The translations under genes and the position numbers were made by a program. A DNA stretch of 64,000 nucleotides. Source: Octopus sinensis. Lineage: Eukaryota. The DNA is taken from positions 47,864,001-47,928,000 of the forward strand of contig NC_043000.1 in assembly GCF_006345805.1 (NCBI RefSeq). Reading direction: 5' to 3'. The notes beneath the pieces are model-generated. The model worked only from the letters and a program-made list of their open reading frames with translations. It was not told the DNA's origin and did not search any database. Positions 25,646 through 39,349 of the stretch are shown in pieces; the first letter of the stretch is position 1; each line of letters begins with the position of its first letter.

Positions 25646-26161
25646 TAATAATCAACATCATATTATTCTGCACTTTTCTATGCTTGCATGCATTGGACAA
25701 AGTTTATCAAGACAGATTTTCTACAGTTGAATTCCTTTGTGCTACTAACCTCCACTTGTTCCCAAGCAAGGTTATATTTTCCCATAACCACACATGATTT
25801 GCAGAATACTGGAGATGACTGACACTGCTTGTTTGACAGTGATACTCATTTACAAATATCTGATGACAGACAAGGTGACACAAACATTCACATACACACA
25901 GATACATATATATATTGAAAAACCTTGTGTGATGACAAAAGAGGTAGACCTCAACACCGATGCAAAGAGAGCACTACATTTATTGATTGATACGTCTTCA
26001 GCTGTGCAAATCCAGTATATTTCCATTGATAACAAAAATGAAAATATTGACACTGCTGGTGTACAGAAAAATCCCCACTGAGCATTACAATCATTCAAGG
26101 TAATATGTATATAGATATATATATATTATTATATATATATATATGCATGTATATATATATG

Positions 26162-26219
<58 letters not shown>

Positions 26220-26693
26220 CATATATACATATATAAATATATATTATATATTATATATATATATGTATATAAGGTAAAACTATAAAATAAGTGCACAAAC
26301 AACAAATACATAAGGTTGCCAAATCCTCATTAATTATTGGACGAAGGATCAATGCAATTTCATAACTTCAAATGATAATATTGCTCACCTTTGGTGGCAC
26401 CAGTAGTGAGAAGCCACTGAAAAATAGCAAGCTGATGTAAAAGGGGACTAGATATGACAGAAAGTGAACAAACAAGAAATAAATAAACATGCAATACAGA
26501 AAGTGAACATACAAACATGAAATAAATGTGCAATATACAATATACAAGTGAAATGATATTCAAGATGGAATCATTAGTGGACAGACGAGGGACAAAGACA
26601 CAAACAAATAAAATATATACATACGAACAAAAAAATGAAATGAATAAATAGGATAGGGCCTTAGGATCGGATACAGCAAGTGCTGATAAATAT

Positions 26694-26740
<47 letters not shown>

Positions 26741-26835
26741 ATCCAAACAAGAAAGCACAAACACAACACAACAACGCGAGGACGTGGAACAAATATAGTA
26801 TTATTGGACGCTCAGGAAAGAAAGAAATAAGGAGG

Positions 26836-26870
26836 GCTTAATGTTTCGAGTAGAGCTCTTCGTCGGAAAC
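26836..26870 (-). ncRNA. minimal hammerhead-like motif (CCGACGA core), same family as 23379
   Basis: GUUU-CCGACGA-A-GAG(CUCUA)CUC-GAAAC-AUU-AAGC; insert 26737-26915 matches 23330-23512 in reverse. Confidence 0.55.
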
Positions 26871-26935
26871 ATAGGAGAAGGAAAGATCCAGAGAAGGAAG
26901 ACAGAGAAAAAAAACTCATATAATTATATATATAT

Positions 26936-26977
<42 letters not shown>

Positions 26978-27384
26978 GGCTGCTTTCAGTTTTCCTCTAC
27001 CCAATCCACTTAAAAGATTTGTTCAATCCAGAGCTATAGTAGAAGGCACTTGACACTTGCCCAAGATAGTATACAGTAAGACTGAACCCAAATGTATATT
27101 GTTGGGAAGCAAACTTCTTCTCCATACAACACATTTCTTTCACATATAAATACGCATAAACATACATAAACACACACACCTATATATTTATATATATATG
27201 ATAAATGTATTTGTTCCTATCTATCTGTTTATGTATCAATATATTAAGGTTTGTTTTTATGTTCAGTATTAGTAAAAACACTTTTACATTAATCTGATGA
27301 GTTATTTGATACTTTAGTAGAGTACAAAATTATTATTCTTATACGAGAATGTTGTTTTTATATCAATACATACATACGAATATA

Positions 27385-27690
27385 CATGCATACATGTATG
27401 TATGTATGTATGTATGTATGTATGTATGCATGCATGCATGTATGTGTGTATGTATGTATGTGTGTATGTGTGTATGTATGTGTGTAGGCATGTATGTATG
27501 TATGCATGCATGTATGTATGTATGTATGTATGTATGTATGTATGTATGTATGTATGTATGTATGTATGCATGCATGCATGCATGCATGTATGTATGTATG
27601 TATGTATGTATGTATGTATGTGTGTATGTATGTATGTATGTATGTATGTATGTATTTATGTATGTATGTATGTATGTATGTATGTATGTA
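27385..27690. repeat. (TATG)n microsatellite
   Basis: ~300 bp of TATG/CATG units. Confidence 0.95.
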
Positions 27691-28331
27691 CGTATACAGC
27701 CAGAGAGATACTGATTAAAGTAACATATCTTACCATTATATGAGAAGTCCTATATTCAAAATACTATTTGTAGTATATTTCACAATTCCAATAAAAGGAA
27801 GATTATAATTTTTTTTATTTTTCGATCTATTAACCTCATCTTCAGAGATGAAACATTTTCAATATTGATATCTACATTATATTTCGATTGATTTGATCTC
27901 TGATCGTCATCAGACATTATGTTCCTGCATGTACATAGTACAGATAAAAGGATTTCATAGAAATTAACCTAAAACAGTGTTAAGGGAGCTCAAATATTTC
28001 AACATGTTATTCCCAGGTTTCTTTTCATGTGCAAGATAGGTCTCAAAATAAGTTGATTTGTATCAGCAGAAGAACTTAGTAGTAATTGTATCAGAATAGT
28101 TATCTGTTCAATGAATGATTTTTTTATGGTCTTCTATTTTCAATACATTGTAACAGTCATTGTCTTTATGTTTAAAAATCTATGTATTCTTTGTTTTTTT
28201 TATTCTTTCACTTCACAAAATTCAGTTCACTTGTTAGATGAAAAAAATTCTGATAAACACCCGTAATAAGATTAACAGTGCACTTAAGCCAATCTACAGT
28301 ACACAAACATATGTATGTACATATCTATATC

Positions 28332-28409
<78 letters not shown>

Positions 28410-28540
28410 GTGTGTATATATATATATATATATAATGTATATGTATATATATATATATTGTATATATAATATAATATATAATATTTATTTATATGTATAT
28501 TTATTTATATAGATATATATATATATATAATATATATACA

Positions 28541-28579
<39 letters not shown>

Positions 28580-29088
28580 TATAGTGTCTATGTAGACATA
28601 TATATATACGTGTGTGGTACTGTAATCTAAGTGCAAAATATACTATACACACACATATATATGTATATATGTATATATATTCGTGTATGTGTGTGTGTAT
28701 ATATATATTATACATATATATTAGCCATACACCCCAGCGTTGCCTGGTTGTTATTACCTACACCCACCTTGTATTATTTTGTTTCTTTTTTATGGGCAGA
28801 ATCAGCACTTGAAAACTATGAAGCAAACAACTCTTCTTTAAAAACATGTTTTTCAGACATTTTCTGATAAACAACACTGCAGTGGCCATCAATGACACTC
28901 AGTCACAAGTCTGCAGTTGGCCAAGGGTTACAGTTGAAAACACTTGCCCAAGGTACCATGAAAACTTCTCAACCACACAACCATTCTGGCACCTAACATG
29001 TGTGTGTGTGTTTACATTTGCTGTTAAATCGAGAATTGTGTCCCATTATGTCTCAAAGTTAGCAGTTCATCAAGAAGAGATCTATAAA

Positions 29089-29320
29089 GGCAGCGAGTTG
29101 GCAGAAACGTTAGCACGCCGGATGAAATGCTTAGCAGTATTTCGTCTTCCGCTATGTTCTGAGTTCAAATTCCATCGAGGTCGACTTTGCCTTTCATTTT
29201 TCGAGGGTCGATAAATTAAGTACCATTTACGCACTGGGGGTCGATGTAATCAACTTAATCCCTTTGTCTGTCCTTGTTTGTCCCCTCTATGTTTAGCCCC
29301 TTGCGGGTAATAAAGAAATA
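29089..29320 (+). mobile_element. tRNA-derived SINE family B (Meta-domain-like) with target-site duplication
   Basis: GGCAGCGAGTTGGCAGAAACG..GAGTTCAAATTCC..GCCTTTCAT..GGTCGATAAATTAAGTACC; TSD AAGAAGAGATCTATAAAG at 29072-29089 and 29320-29337. Confidence 0.88.
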
Positions 29321-29899
29321 AGAAGAGATCTATAAAGTAAATGCCAGATTGAAATACGTACTGAGGTGAGTATGATCAATTAAATTTTTGAAGGTGATAC
29401 CCCATCATGGTTACCATAGAAAGACCAAACCCAGTAACATAATATTTAAAGACTTAATGGCTATATGATGACACTATATGTACATCTCATTCTACTTGAC
29501 TTCCGACAAATAGCAATTGTAATTTGAAGTTGTATGGTTAGCAGTAAGAAAGATATCCAGATCTCTTAAAAAATTATTGTCGTGATTAATAACAAATTCT
29601 CGTATGTTCTACCATCCGTCTTTCATTTACCATATATACATGTGTGTGTATGTGTGTGTATGTGTGTGTCAGTTTGTGCTTTCCTTGCATTTTCAATCAA
29701 ATCTTAAGAGAGTTAACATGAGATACCTTGATGACAATATAACCTTCATTTGATTAAGGTATCTTTAGTGGATTAACCCTTGTTTGAGTAATTATTCTTT
29801 CCAAGATTCTGCTAGCTATGAAACATATGTAGCCTGGATTTTATCTACTTCCAACCCCTATTTTTCGGATACACACACACATATATATGTGTGTGCATG

Positions 29900-29950
<51 letters not shown>

Positions 29951-30027
29951 TTATAAAATGTTACATAGTTATGCCTTCAATAGCAAAAAAATTAAGGTGT
30001 CACAGTAATTTTAGTCTTTATATACAT

Positions 30028-30758
30028 ACCATATTTGCTGGCTTATAAGACCCAATGTTTTGCATCTTTTAATGCATCAAAAATTTTTCTCTGTATCTTA
30101 TGCAGTTTTATTATCGATGAGAAATCAAATGACATAGGTCAGGCAGCTGGATGAGGATAAATTCTTTAAGTACAATAATTGTTACTAATAGTATACAAAC
30201 TTTTGAAAATTTACTTGTGGTACCTTGGAAATCATGCAGGGATGTCCCATTACCTCATTTTACCTTCTTCATTTGCATACAGAATCCTTACCTGATATGT
30301 GTCTTACATTATTTAATGACTGTCATACCTTTAAGAACCATTTTCGATTATCTAAGTGAAAATTCTCCAAGAAAGTTTGAAAGTAAGGTTAAACTTTCAT
30401 TTTTCTGTCAGCTGTTTCAAAGGGTGGATGACAACAAAATCATAGTTGTGGTGCATCACCCAAAAGCCAAGTGTGTTTACACAAACAATCAGATCCATAA
30501 ACATGAGTTTTACATCTTTGTGGCAATTTTCTTGATCAAAATATAAACATTTATGCAGATGATCTGAAAGTAGATAAAGGTAAAATATGCTACTTCCCTA
30601 ATGTTCTGTGTATATATATATATATATATATATTGCTAAGATGATCTGGTTCTTGACTGATGACTGAGGGCTTCGAATGTCCCGTCCTGTGGTTCTTGTG
30701 TCGTCTCTGTGGTGTTTCATGTTCTTGTCCATGTCTGTAATTAATTTTACTGTTTACC

Positions 30759-30791
<33 letters not shown>

Positions 30792-30938
30792 GTGATAGCA
30801 TACTTTATTCCAGTACACTGTTATGATATTTTAATTAATAGCACAAAATTATCCCTTTTACCCCAGCAAAATATACTTGTAACATATGGGTGCATCTTAT
30901 GCAAGACTGCACCTTATACACTATCAAATAAGTGTGGT
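30028..30938. mobile_element. possible old Tc2/pogo-type non-autonomous DNA transposon
   Basis: Ends TACCATATTTGCTGGCTTATAAGAC.. and ..GCACCTTATACACTATCAAATAAGTGTGGTA resemble inverted CCGTATTT..TATAAG termini. Confidence 0.4.
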
Positions 30939-31189
30939 AAGACAAATGAATTAATAATTTTAGCACTGCTTAGGATATAAAGACCAAAGATATGTCATAT
31001 CACATAAGCAGATTTGGTAAGCAGCTTATGTGCCAGACAAGTATTTTCCTTTGCATTTTAAATAAACTGTGAACTTCAAATGATTGCTTAAATAAGATCT
31101 ATTATTTTCACCAAAAGTAGTCATATTCACAAATTCTTACTTATTACTTTCAATCAGAAAATGCAAACCAACATATAGTATGTATCCTC

Positions 31190-31500
31190 AACTGTCGGAG
31201 TTGTTCCATCTCGAGCTATGTGTGTCTCATAGGACCAGTTTCCTAGTTTTCTTAGCGTATAGGTTCCCCACCTGGATGGGACGCCAGTCCATCGCGGGTG
31301 AGCTGCGAGATGCAGGAGGAAAGAGTGAGAGAATGTTGTGGCAAAAGAGTCAGCAGAAGTTCGCCATTACCTTCTGCCGGAGTCGTGTGGAGCTTAGGTG
31401 TTTCGCTCATAAACACACACATCGCCCAGTCTGAGATTCAAACCTGCGAACCCTCGACCACGAGTCTGCTGCTCTAGCCCCTAGGCCATGTGTCTCCATA
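31190..31500 (-). mobile_element. SINE family D (tail type 2)
   Basis: Head as at 7697/49677; tail carries GATGGACTGGCGTCCCATCCAGG. Confidence 0.75.
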
Positions 31501-31522
31501 ACTATTGGAGTGGTTGATAACC

Positions 31523-31749
31523 TTAATCCTTTAGCATTCAGATAATTCTGTTAAACATGATGATTATTTATTCAAATTGTTTTGAGTTAATCCTGCATTA
31601 TCCCAGAGCTTCAAGATTTTGATGATATCTTCCCTTATTTTTACAGTGATATTGTAGGGTAGATGTGAGAGGCCAAATTTGACCAATTTGAACTTAAAAC
31701 AGGCAGAGTATTTAGGTTGGATATGGCTAGTTTGAATGCTAAAATATTA
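31523..31749. mobile_element. short MITE, piggyBac-like termini
   Basis: TTAATCCTTTAGCATTCAGA ... TTTGAATGCTAAAATATTA inverted ends beginning at TTAA. Confidence 0.5.
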
Positions 31750-32329
31750 CTGCTTATTTGTCATTGACATTTCGCACTTTCTCCCATGCATCTGATATCA
31801 CTAAAATCAAATATCACACAGCATGTCATGCTGTATAATAAACTATCTACAAAATTCCTGCCCTTTCTTTATATCACAGGGGGAAAATAGCCTATAAACA
31901 TGATCATAAAAGGTACCATGTTTCTGTGTAGATATATATATATATATACATTCACTGAAACCCACATAAACATATACAATGTGTGTATGAGTATGAAATT
32001 CTACATGTGCTTTTCTGCATCTATATATGAGCGTGTATGTGAATAAACCTGCTGCATACATGCTCCTATACTGATATTTTACTATTTCCAAGCCCAAATG
32101 AAACCTGACAACATGCTGTCACACATAAAGAATACTGAGAATAAAACTGCCATTTGAAAGAAAGCTTACTTTCTGCTTAGATCCTCTGAAAACTGCTCTA
32201 TTCAGTATGAAACTTAAAGCCATGGAAGCTATGGAGCAGAGGTAATATTTATATACTTTATTGTACTAAATATATTCAGGCTACATAATATATTCAGTAC
32301 ACATTTTCTGTTCATGAATTCATTTACAA

Positions 32330-32330
<1 letters not shown>

Positions 32331-32380
<50 letters not shown>

Positions 32381-33100
32381 GATTTGACTCAGGTTCATTC
32401 TTATTCCTGGTAGAGTTTGTGTGGGTAGCAGGTTATTACCTGAAACCATAGGTGTCCACAATCTCCCAATAGTCTTTCAAATGCTTAAGACCCACCTGAT
32501 AATCTTTCTTGCTTCTAAGAGGCAAAGATTTGTAGAAGCTCAACAAGGCATTCTATTCCAATTTCCTTCAACCATTTGCCTATATTTTTGCTTACAGTGT
32601 CCAATGCACCCATCATGATTACCAGTTTGATAAGGGTATACCAGACACATGCATCACAACCACGTGTGTGTGACATGGTGATCTCATATCAAGATAAACA
32701 GTGCATGACCTTGCAGGTGGACCCAGTTAGAATTTTCCTCATGTCAAGTAGCCCATTCCACTCAAAAAGGCTCTGAATAAAGTTTGCTTAAGGATGATGA
32801 ATGAAATGCCCATGTTTACAGAGAAGTATTATTCAAACCCCAAAGAATTCCTCTCAACACATGACTATGCTTCTCCCTCACTACTTCTGCTCGTGATCAG
32901 AGATGCACATATTGTCAGCCACCAAGGGACATTCTCAACTGGTTAAGGTCAAACAACTGACAGTCAAGTTTGTGGTACTGAGCACAAATTTGCTGTAACC
33001 CATCTTTTATACCAAGACAAAACATATATATGATAGCACTTCCAATCAGTTAAGATCAGAAGGCATGAGAGCCACTGCCTGGTATTGCATCAGGGCAGTA
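32331..33100 (-). mobile_element. non-autonomous R4/Dong-like (restriction-endonuclease LINE) element in (TAA)n
   Basis: Minus strand MMGALDTVSKNIGKWLKEIGIECLVELLQ/CLLEARKIIRWVLSI*, then short 3' UTR and (TAA)n; TAA-like repeats also at the 5' junction. Confidence 0.7.
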
Positions 33101-33114
33101 TTAGTATCATTATT

Positions 33115-33560
33115 GGTTTGCCTGGCGTTGTTAACGAAAGTCATCACATTAAAGAAGATGGAGCATGGTGTGTCTGCCTGTGGTCAGTAAGTCTCATGCA
33201 TGCTTGGAAGGCTCTGCTGCATGTCAAGCACCGATGGTTTGTTGAGGCTAAAGCCAAGGAATTGACTCTGGACTTGCATAGTTCACATTTTGTTTGTGTC
33301 CCTGCAATCCTATTGTGTTTGTAGGAGGCACCACCTCTGTTAGTGCAGCTTTGTCAGGCAGGGCAATCTTATCCAGGACAATCATTTCCCAGGTGTCAAG
33401 AATTATCTCAAAGCTCTTCAGTGAGGCTTTGAATATGTCCTTGAAACACTTTCTCTGTCCACCTTGCATGCACTTGCCTTCTGCCAGCTCACTTTAAAAC
33501 AGTTTCTTAGGGATTGTGTTTCAGGTATTCAAACAAGGTGCCTACTCACCTGACTAGTGC
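33115..33560 (-). pseudogene. RTE/BovB-like LINE C-terminal remnant
   Basis: GGQRKCFKDIFKASLKSFEIILDTWE (ORF 33248-33469). Confidence 0.75.
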
Positions 33561-34399
33561 TCTCCTCACTAGTGTGTAAGTGCTTGGCAGATCAGCTTGA
33601 GAGAGGACCTCTGTATCTTAGGTGCATGGGGTATCTGGACATGCTAGTACCACTGATGGGGAAACATGTTGTGGTCTTTGGAGTAGTTTGTCATCAATTT
33701 TGGTCTTCACCTGACACCCAGCTCTCATCTGTGGCTCCTTGAAGCTGTCTGTATGCAACAGCAGCTGCACGCTGAGCAATGGTTTCCACAGGCTGACTAA
33801 ATCATGGTGAGGTTAGCCAATGGCTTTCAAACATTTAGCGAGCTAGGGCTTGTTTACCTATGCATATGAAGAATGGACCTTGTGGACTGTTTAGAGGAAA
33901 CCACCAGATTGGTTCAATGGGTTTGGAGTGGACCAGGAAGCATTGTGGAGTGTGAACAAGGCACAGTGAGACACAAAGGACACTGCACCCATCCACAGCA
34001 TCTCAACTTATCTCTATTTATCTTGACTTCATCCTATCACTCAAATTAGATTGGAATTAGATGATGTTGCACAACCCTCCCTCACTTTAATTGAAGTCAT
34101 GCACAAGTCAAATCATCACACCATCTTAGACTCACTTCAAGTCCTGTGGCAATGAATGAATGACAGAGTAGCAGGTATGGATGTACTGAAAACTGTAGTC
34201 AGAAACCTACACACAGGTGGTCCATACTATAGGATCATTTCCCACTGACTTAAGCAGCAGTGGAGCTCAGCAGGCTGAGTACACCATTTTAGGATTGCTT
34301 TGATCACCTCTGTGGCCTGAGAAAGAAGCTATTAAAGGTGCCCTAAGCATAGCCTGCTTCACCTCACCCTGGGCTACATACTGCAGCAGGTGAGGATCC

Positions 34400-34720
34400 C
34401 AATTATGCATTAGAAACATCAAGACGAAAACATCAGTGACATTGCTCACCATTGGCACATGGAATGTGCAAATACTCATGGACAGCTTCAAAGCAAACAA
34501 ACCTGGGAGATGGACAGCATTTATCACAGGAGAATTTTGGCAGGTGCAACATCCACATTGCAGTTGTGAGCAAGACCAGGCTTGCACACAAAGGTCAGCT
34601 GATGGCAGTCAAAACCTGTTAGATCGTCTTCTGGAGAGGCCACAGTAGCGATGAACACTGTGAAGCAGGAGTGGATTTTGCCATCAGATCTATTTGATCA
34701 GCAAGTTGACCAGCCTCCCC
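34400..34720 (+). pseudogene. RTE/BovB-like apurinic endonuclease N-terminal remnant
   Basis: LTIGTWNVQILMDSFKANKPGRWTAFI.. and EAGVDFAI motifs. Confidence 0.75.
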
Positions 34721-35029
34721 AATATATTGGATAAATATATGCACACAAATACACACACATACACTTTTATGTAGTAGTAATAATGATGATGAAGATGATG
34801 ATAATGATGACGATGACGATGGTGATGATGATGATGATGATACTACTGATGCTACTAGTAGTAGTAGTAGTAGTTAGTAGTAGTAGTAGTAGTAGTAATG
34901 TATTCATACATATATGCAGACACACACACACATATATCTACATATCTACATATATATATATACATATATGTGTGTGTGTGTGTATAAAGATAGATAGATA
35001 TGTATGTATAGATATGTATATATCTTTTT

Positions 35030-35253
35030 TTTTTTATTACCCACAAGGGGCTAAACATAGAGGGGACAAACAATGATAAAGGGACTAAGTCGATTACATC
35101 AACCCCAGTGCATAACTGGTACTTAATTTATCCACCCTGAAAGGATGAAAGGCAAAGTCGACCTCGGTGGAATTTGAACTCAGAACGTAGCGGCAGACAA
35201 AATACTGCTAAGCATTTCGCCCGGTGTGCTAACGTTTCTGCCAGCTCGCCGCC
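35030..35253 (-). mobile_element. SINE family B
   Basis: Reverse complement of the 29089 copy. Confidence 0.88.
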
Positions 35254-35320
35254 TTTATTATATGTATATATCTATATGTGTATATACATATGTGTGTGTA
35301 TGTGTGCATGTGCATGCATG

Positions 35321-35353
<33 letters not shown>

Positions 35354-35374
35354 TATATATTATATATATATAAT

Positions 35375-35414
<40 letters not shown>

Positions 35415-36237
35415 CATTGTGTGTGTAGATATGTGTTTGTAATTGTAAGCATGTATCCATATATTTACTAACGTATATATATGTATACACATACACACAT
35501 ACACACACATACACCCACACACCACCACCACCCCACACACACATACAAACATATTAATTACTCCATAAATCTAAAATTAATAAGAAATAAAGTAGATACC
35601 ATTGTTTGAAAAATATCTGAGAGAGAAACTAAAATAATAAAAGCAAACAAATAAAAGAGTAACCAACACAAAAGAACCTACAACTGACCTTGAATACACC
35701 ATTCTGAAATTAAACTTAATGGTATAATAGATTGAAAGCAATGTTCAGTTAGAATATCTTAAAGGCTTTACTGGAAAACAATGGAGGTTTTGCCAAGATT
35801 CTTCTTTTCATTTAAGTACATATCGCAACTTCTCTTCATCATGCTCTAATTAATTCTCTTATATCTTTTTGCTTTCAAGATCAGAGAAAAATGACAACTC
35901 TGTTGTCAATAGACTCTTTATTCTTCGAAACTAGCCACAGAGAATTATGTTCGATAATAATTACCATTCCAGTTATTTTGTTTCATATTAAGAAGCGTGT
36001 GTGTTTGTGTAAGTGTATTTATACTTACATAAATATGTTTGAGTATGTGCATATGTGTATATATAAATATGTACTTCATGTATATATATATATATATATA
36101 ATATATATACACGTATATATATATACATATATATATATATAGATATATATATATACACCGTATAATATATATATATATACATATATATATAGATATATGT
36201 ATATATATATCTTTCATTGTTAATATTATTAATACTA

Positions 36238-36289
<52 letters not shown>

Positions 36290-36704
36290 CATTATTTAAA
36301 GCAGTTTAAATAATGAAACTTAGAGTTTCACAAGCTTTTTGCAGAATTCCTTAATTTAAGCCTGAAAGAGACAGGTCTGTGCCGGAAGCTCACAAAACTT
36401 TAAGTTTGCGTAGAGTCAAATCAAACTGCTTTAAATAATCAAGTGCCCTCTTCTTTCATTTGTTACCATGCATTTACGTATATATATATATGCATATATA
36501 TATATATATGTGTGTGTCTGTGTGTGTATATATATATAGACACATATATACATGTATATATATATATATACACCATTCTGCTTAAATAATGGAACTGTAA
36601 ATTCAATATCCTTATGTATCTCACGTATGTTTTCATTTCTCCATTTCACTCTGTATTTCATATTTTCTCTATTATAACTATTACTTAAACATTTTCTCGC
36701 ACTA

Positions 36705-36750
36705 TCTCTGATGAAGGGATATATAAAATATCCCAGAAACAGCTGTAAGA
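36705..36750 (+). ncRNA. minimal type I hammerhead ribozyme motif (canonical core) in TA-embedded insert 36572-36818
   Basis: UCU-CUGAUGA-A-GGGAUAU(AUAAA)AUAUCCC-A-GAA-ACAGCUGU-A/AGA: 7-bp stem II, palindromic stem III, GUA triplet. Confidence 0.7.
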
Positions 36751-37056
36751 CCTTCTCTTTATAAATGTTCTGAAAACTATTCACAGCCTTGGATTTTTTA
36801 TCTCATTCTGTTAGTAATATGTATATATATATATATAATTAAGTTTTGACTGCTATTTCCAGCGTGGTGGTATCTCTTAAATACCCTAAATTATAATTTT
36901 AAAAAGATATTACCTTTGAAGGTTTTTATTCGCATGCTGGCCACCTGATAAGATTGGTATTTAAATATCAATCTTATCCTTATTTATATATATATCATTT
37001 TGTTGTCTTACCATTTTTATCAATATATTATATATATATATACATACACACACACA

Positions 37057-37097
<41 letters not shown>

Positions 37098-37602
37098 ACT
37101 ACAGGTCACAAAAGTGATGGCAGGTGCTGACTAACACTGCTTTTGCTAAAATGAGAGTTAAATTAACTCCAAGCCACTAAAGCACTGTACTTAATGACTA
37201 ACAAGTGGAGGCAAATCCTTATTGCAATTTCAAATTTTAGTGTAAACCACTTTAATTCTCATCAGTGGCTCTTAATGCCTAGGGATAAGCTCAACTTCTT
37301 TTGTCAATCTTATAAGAAAAACTGTTGAAAACAAGTGCTGATTTTCAAAATGGTAAATGTGTCAACAACAATTTAAAAGAGTGATTTATTAGCAATTAGA
37401 ACCTAAAGGCAAAAATCAATAGAGGTCACAAAAGTGATGAAGAGTGGTGACTAGCACCACCTGTGCTAAAATAAGGTTCTAATTGCTAATAAGCCCCCTC
37501 TCCTTTTAATTTGATGACATGTTTGAGTATGAATGTATGAGTGCATGTGTGTATGAATCGAGTGATCTTAAGATAAACATAGCCAAAACAAAGTTTTTAG
37601 TA

Positions 37603-37996
37603 GGCGTAGGAGTGCCTTGGTATAAGCCACATGGTTCTGAGTTCAGTCCCACTGCGTGGCACCTTGGGCAAGTGTCTTCTACTATAGCCTTAGGCTGACC
37701 AAAGCCTTGTGAGTGGATTTGGTAGACGGAACTGAAAGAAGCCTATTGTATATATATATGTATATATGTATGTGTGTGTACATGTTTCTGTGTCTGTGTT
37801 TGTCTCCCCAACATCGCTTGACAACCTATGCTAGTGTGTTTACATCCCTGTAACTTAGCGGTTCGGCAAAAGAAAGCGACAGAATAAGTACAAAGCTTAC
37901 AAAGAATAAGTCCTGGGTCAATTTGTTCAACTAAAGGTGGTGCTCTAGTATGGCCGCAGTCAAATGACTGAAACAAGTAAAAGAGTAAAAGAGTAA
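37603..37996 (+). mobile_element. SINE family A
   Basis: Match to other copies. Confidence 0.85.
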
Positions 37997-38044
37997 AGTC
38001 AAGGTCCTGATATCATCAGAGAAAGTTGAGGGTTCTACTACCAC

Positions 38045-38235
38045 TGAATAATAGTAATAATAATAATAATAATAATAGTAGTAGTAATATAATATAATAA
38101 TAATAATAAGAAGAAGAAGAAGAAGAGAAGAAGAAGAAGAAAGAAGAAGAAGAAAGAAGAAGAAGAAGAAGAGAAGAAAGAAGAAGAAGAAGAAGAAGAA
38201 GAGAAGAAGAAGAAGAAGAAGAAGAAGAAGAAGAA
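38045..38235. repeat. (TAA)n-(GAA)n compound microsatellite
   Basis: Direct reading. Confidence 0.95.
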
Positions 38236-38284
38236 CATCGAAAAATACCTTAGGAATGAGAACCCAGGTTCGAAATTTTTCGAA

Positions 38285-38330
38285 GACACCTGATGAAAGC
38301 TGGAGAGTATATCAGCCGAAACATTGTGTT
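38285..38330 (+). ncRNA. minimal type I hammerhead motif (canonical core, stem III mutated)
   Basis: GACAC-CUGAUGA-AAGCUG(GAGAGUAUAU)CAGCC-GAAAC-AUU-GUGUU. Confidence 0.6.
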
Positions 38331-39258
38331 AACAACAAACAAGATGAGGACAAATATCTATCAAATGTAAATAATGTAAATAATGTACATAATTCCTCAT
38401 CTCTTAAATATAGAACTGTACTTTCCTTCTATTCACCCATTTCTCATTTCTCTCTTTCCAAACCTTCTTCCAACGTCCACCCACCCAAACTCCTGGGGTT
38501 TTTTGCCTCCACTCACTTCAACTCACTTCAGAACTGAAGGATTCTCCCAGATACTTCATTACCACTATTTTTATCTCTTTCTAGTTCCATCCAATCACAT
38601 TCTCTTTCTCTTTTAAATGTGAGTCTACTTTGAGAAATCTACTCTGTTCTGCCCCCTAATCAGCTGACATAAAGTTGCAGCCCTTGGAGTTCATAATCTT
38701 GTAAGCAGCATGGTAACTTCACCATTTCTGGTGGTATGAATAAGCACCAGGTATGAGTTGTAAAATGGTTGGCATTAGGAAAGTTACCCAACTATGGAAA
38801 CCATGCTATAAACCTATATTAACCTGAAGGAAAATGTAGTCTTTGGACTCATTATTATTATTATGATGATGATGATGATGATGATGGTGGTGGTAGTGGT
38901 GATGATGATGATGATACATACATAAATACATGTATTTTAGTATATAAATCTAAGATATATACATATTCCCATTTGTGTGAGCATATATATACACGTGCAT
39001 ATATGTGTGTACTTATGTAAATGTACTCATGCATATATACATTAAGCATATATTGATATATGTGTGTGTGTGTGTACATGTACCAATATACATATGTATG
39101 TATTTATATATATATATATATATACACATGTATATTGGTACATGTACACATACGCACACACACACACACACACATATATTATTGATATATATAATGTAGA
39201 TATATATATATATACACATACATACATATATATATGTGTGTGTATATATACATGTTTA

Positions 39259-39303
<45 letters not shown>

Positions 39304-39318
39304 TATATGTGTATATAT

Positions 39319-39349
<31 letters not shown>

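Noticed and set aside
30650-30695. CTGATGA..GAATGTC as a hammerhead
   Set aside because: No GAAA and no convincing stems I or II
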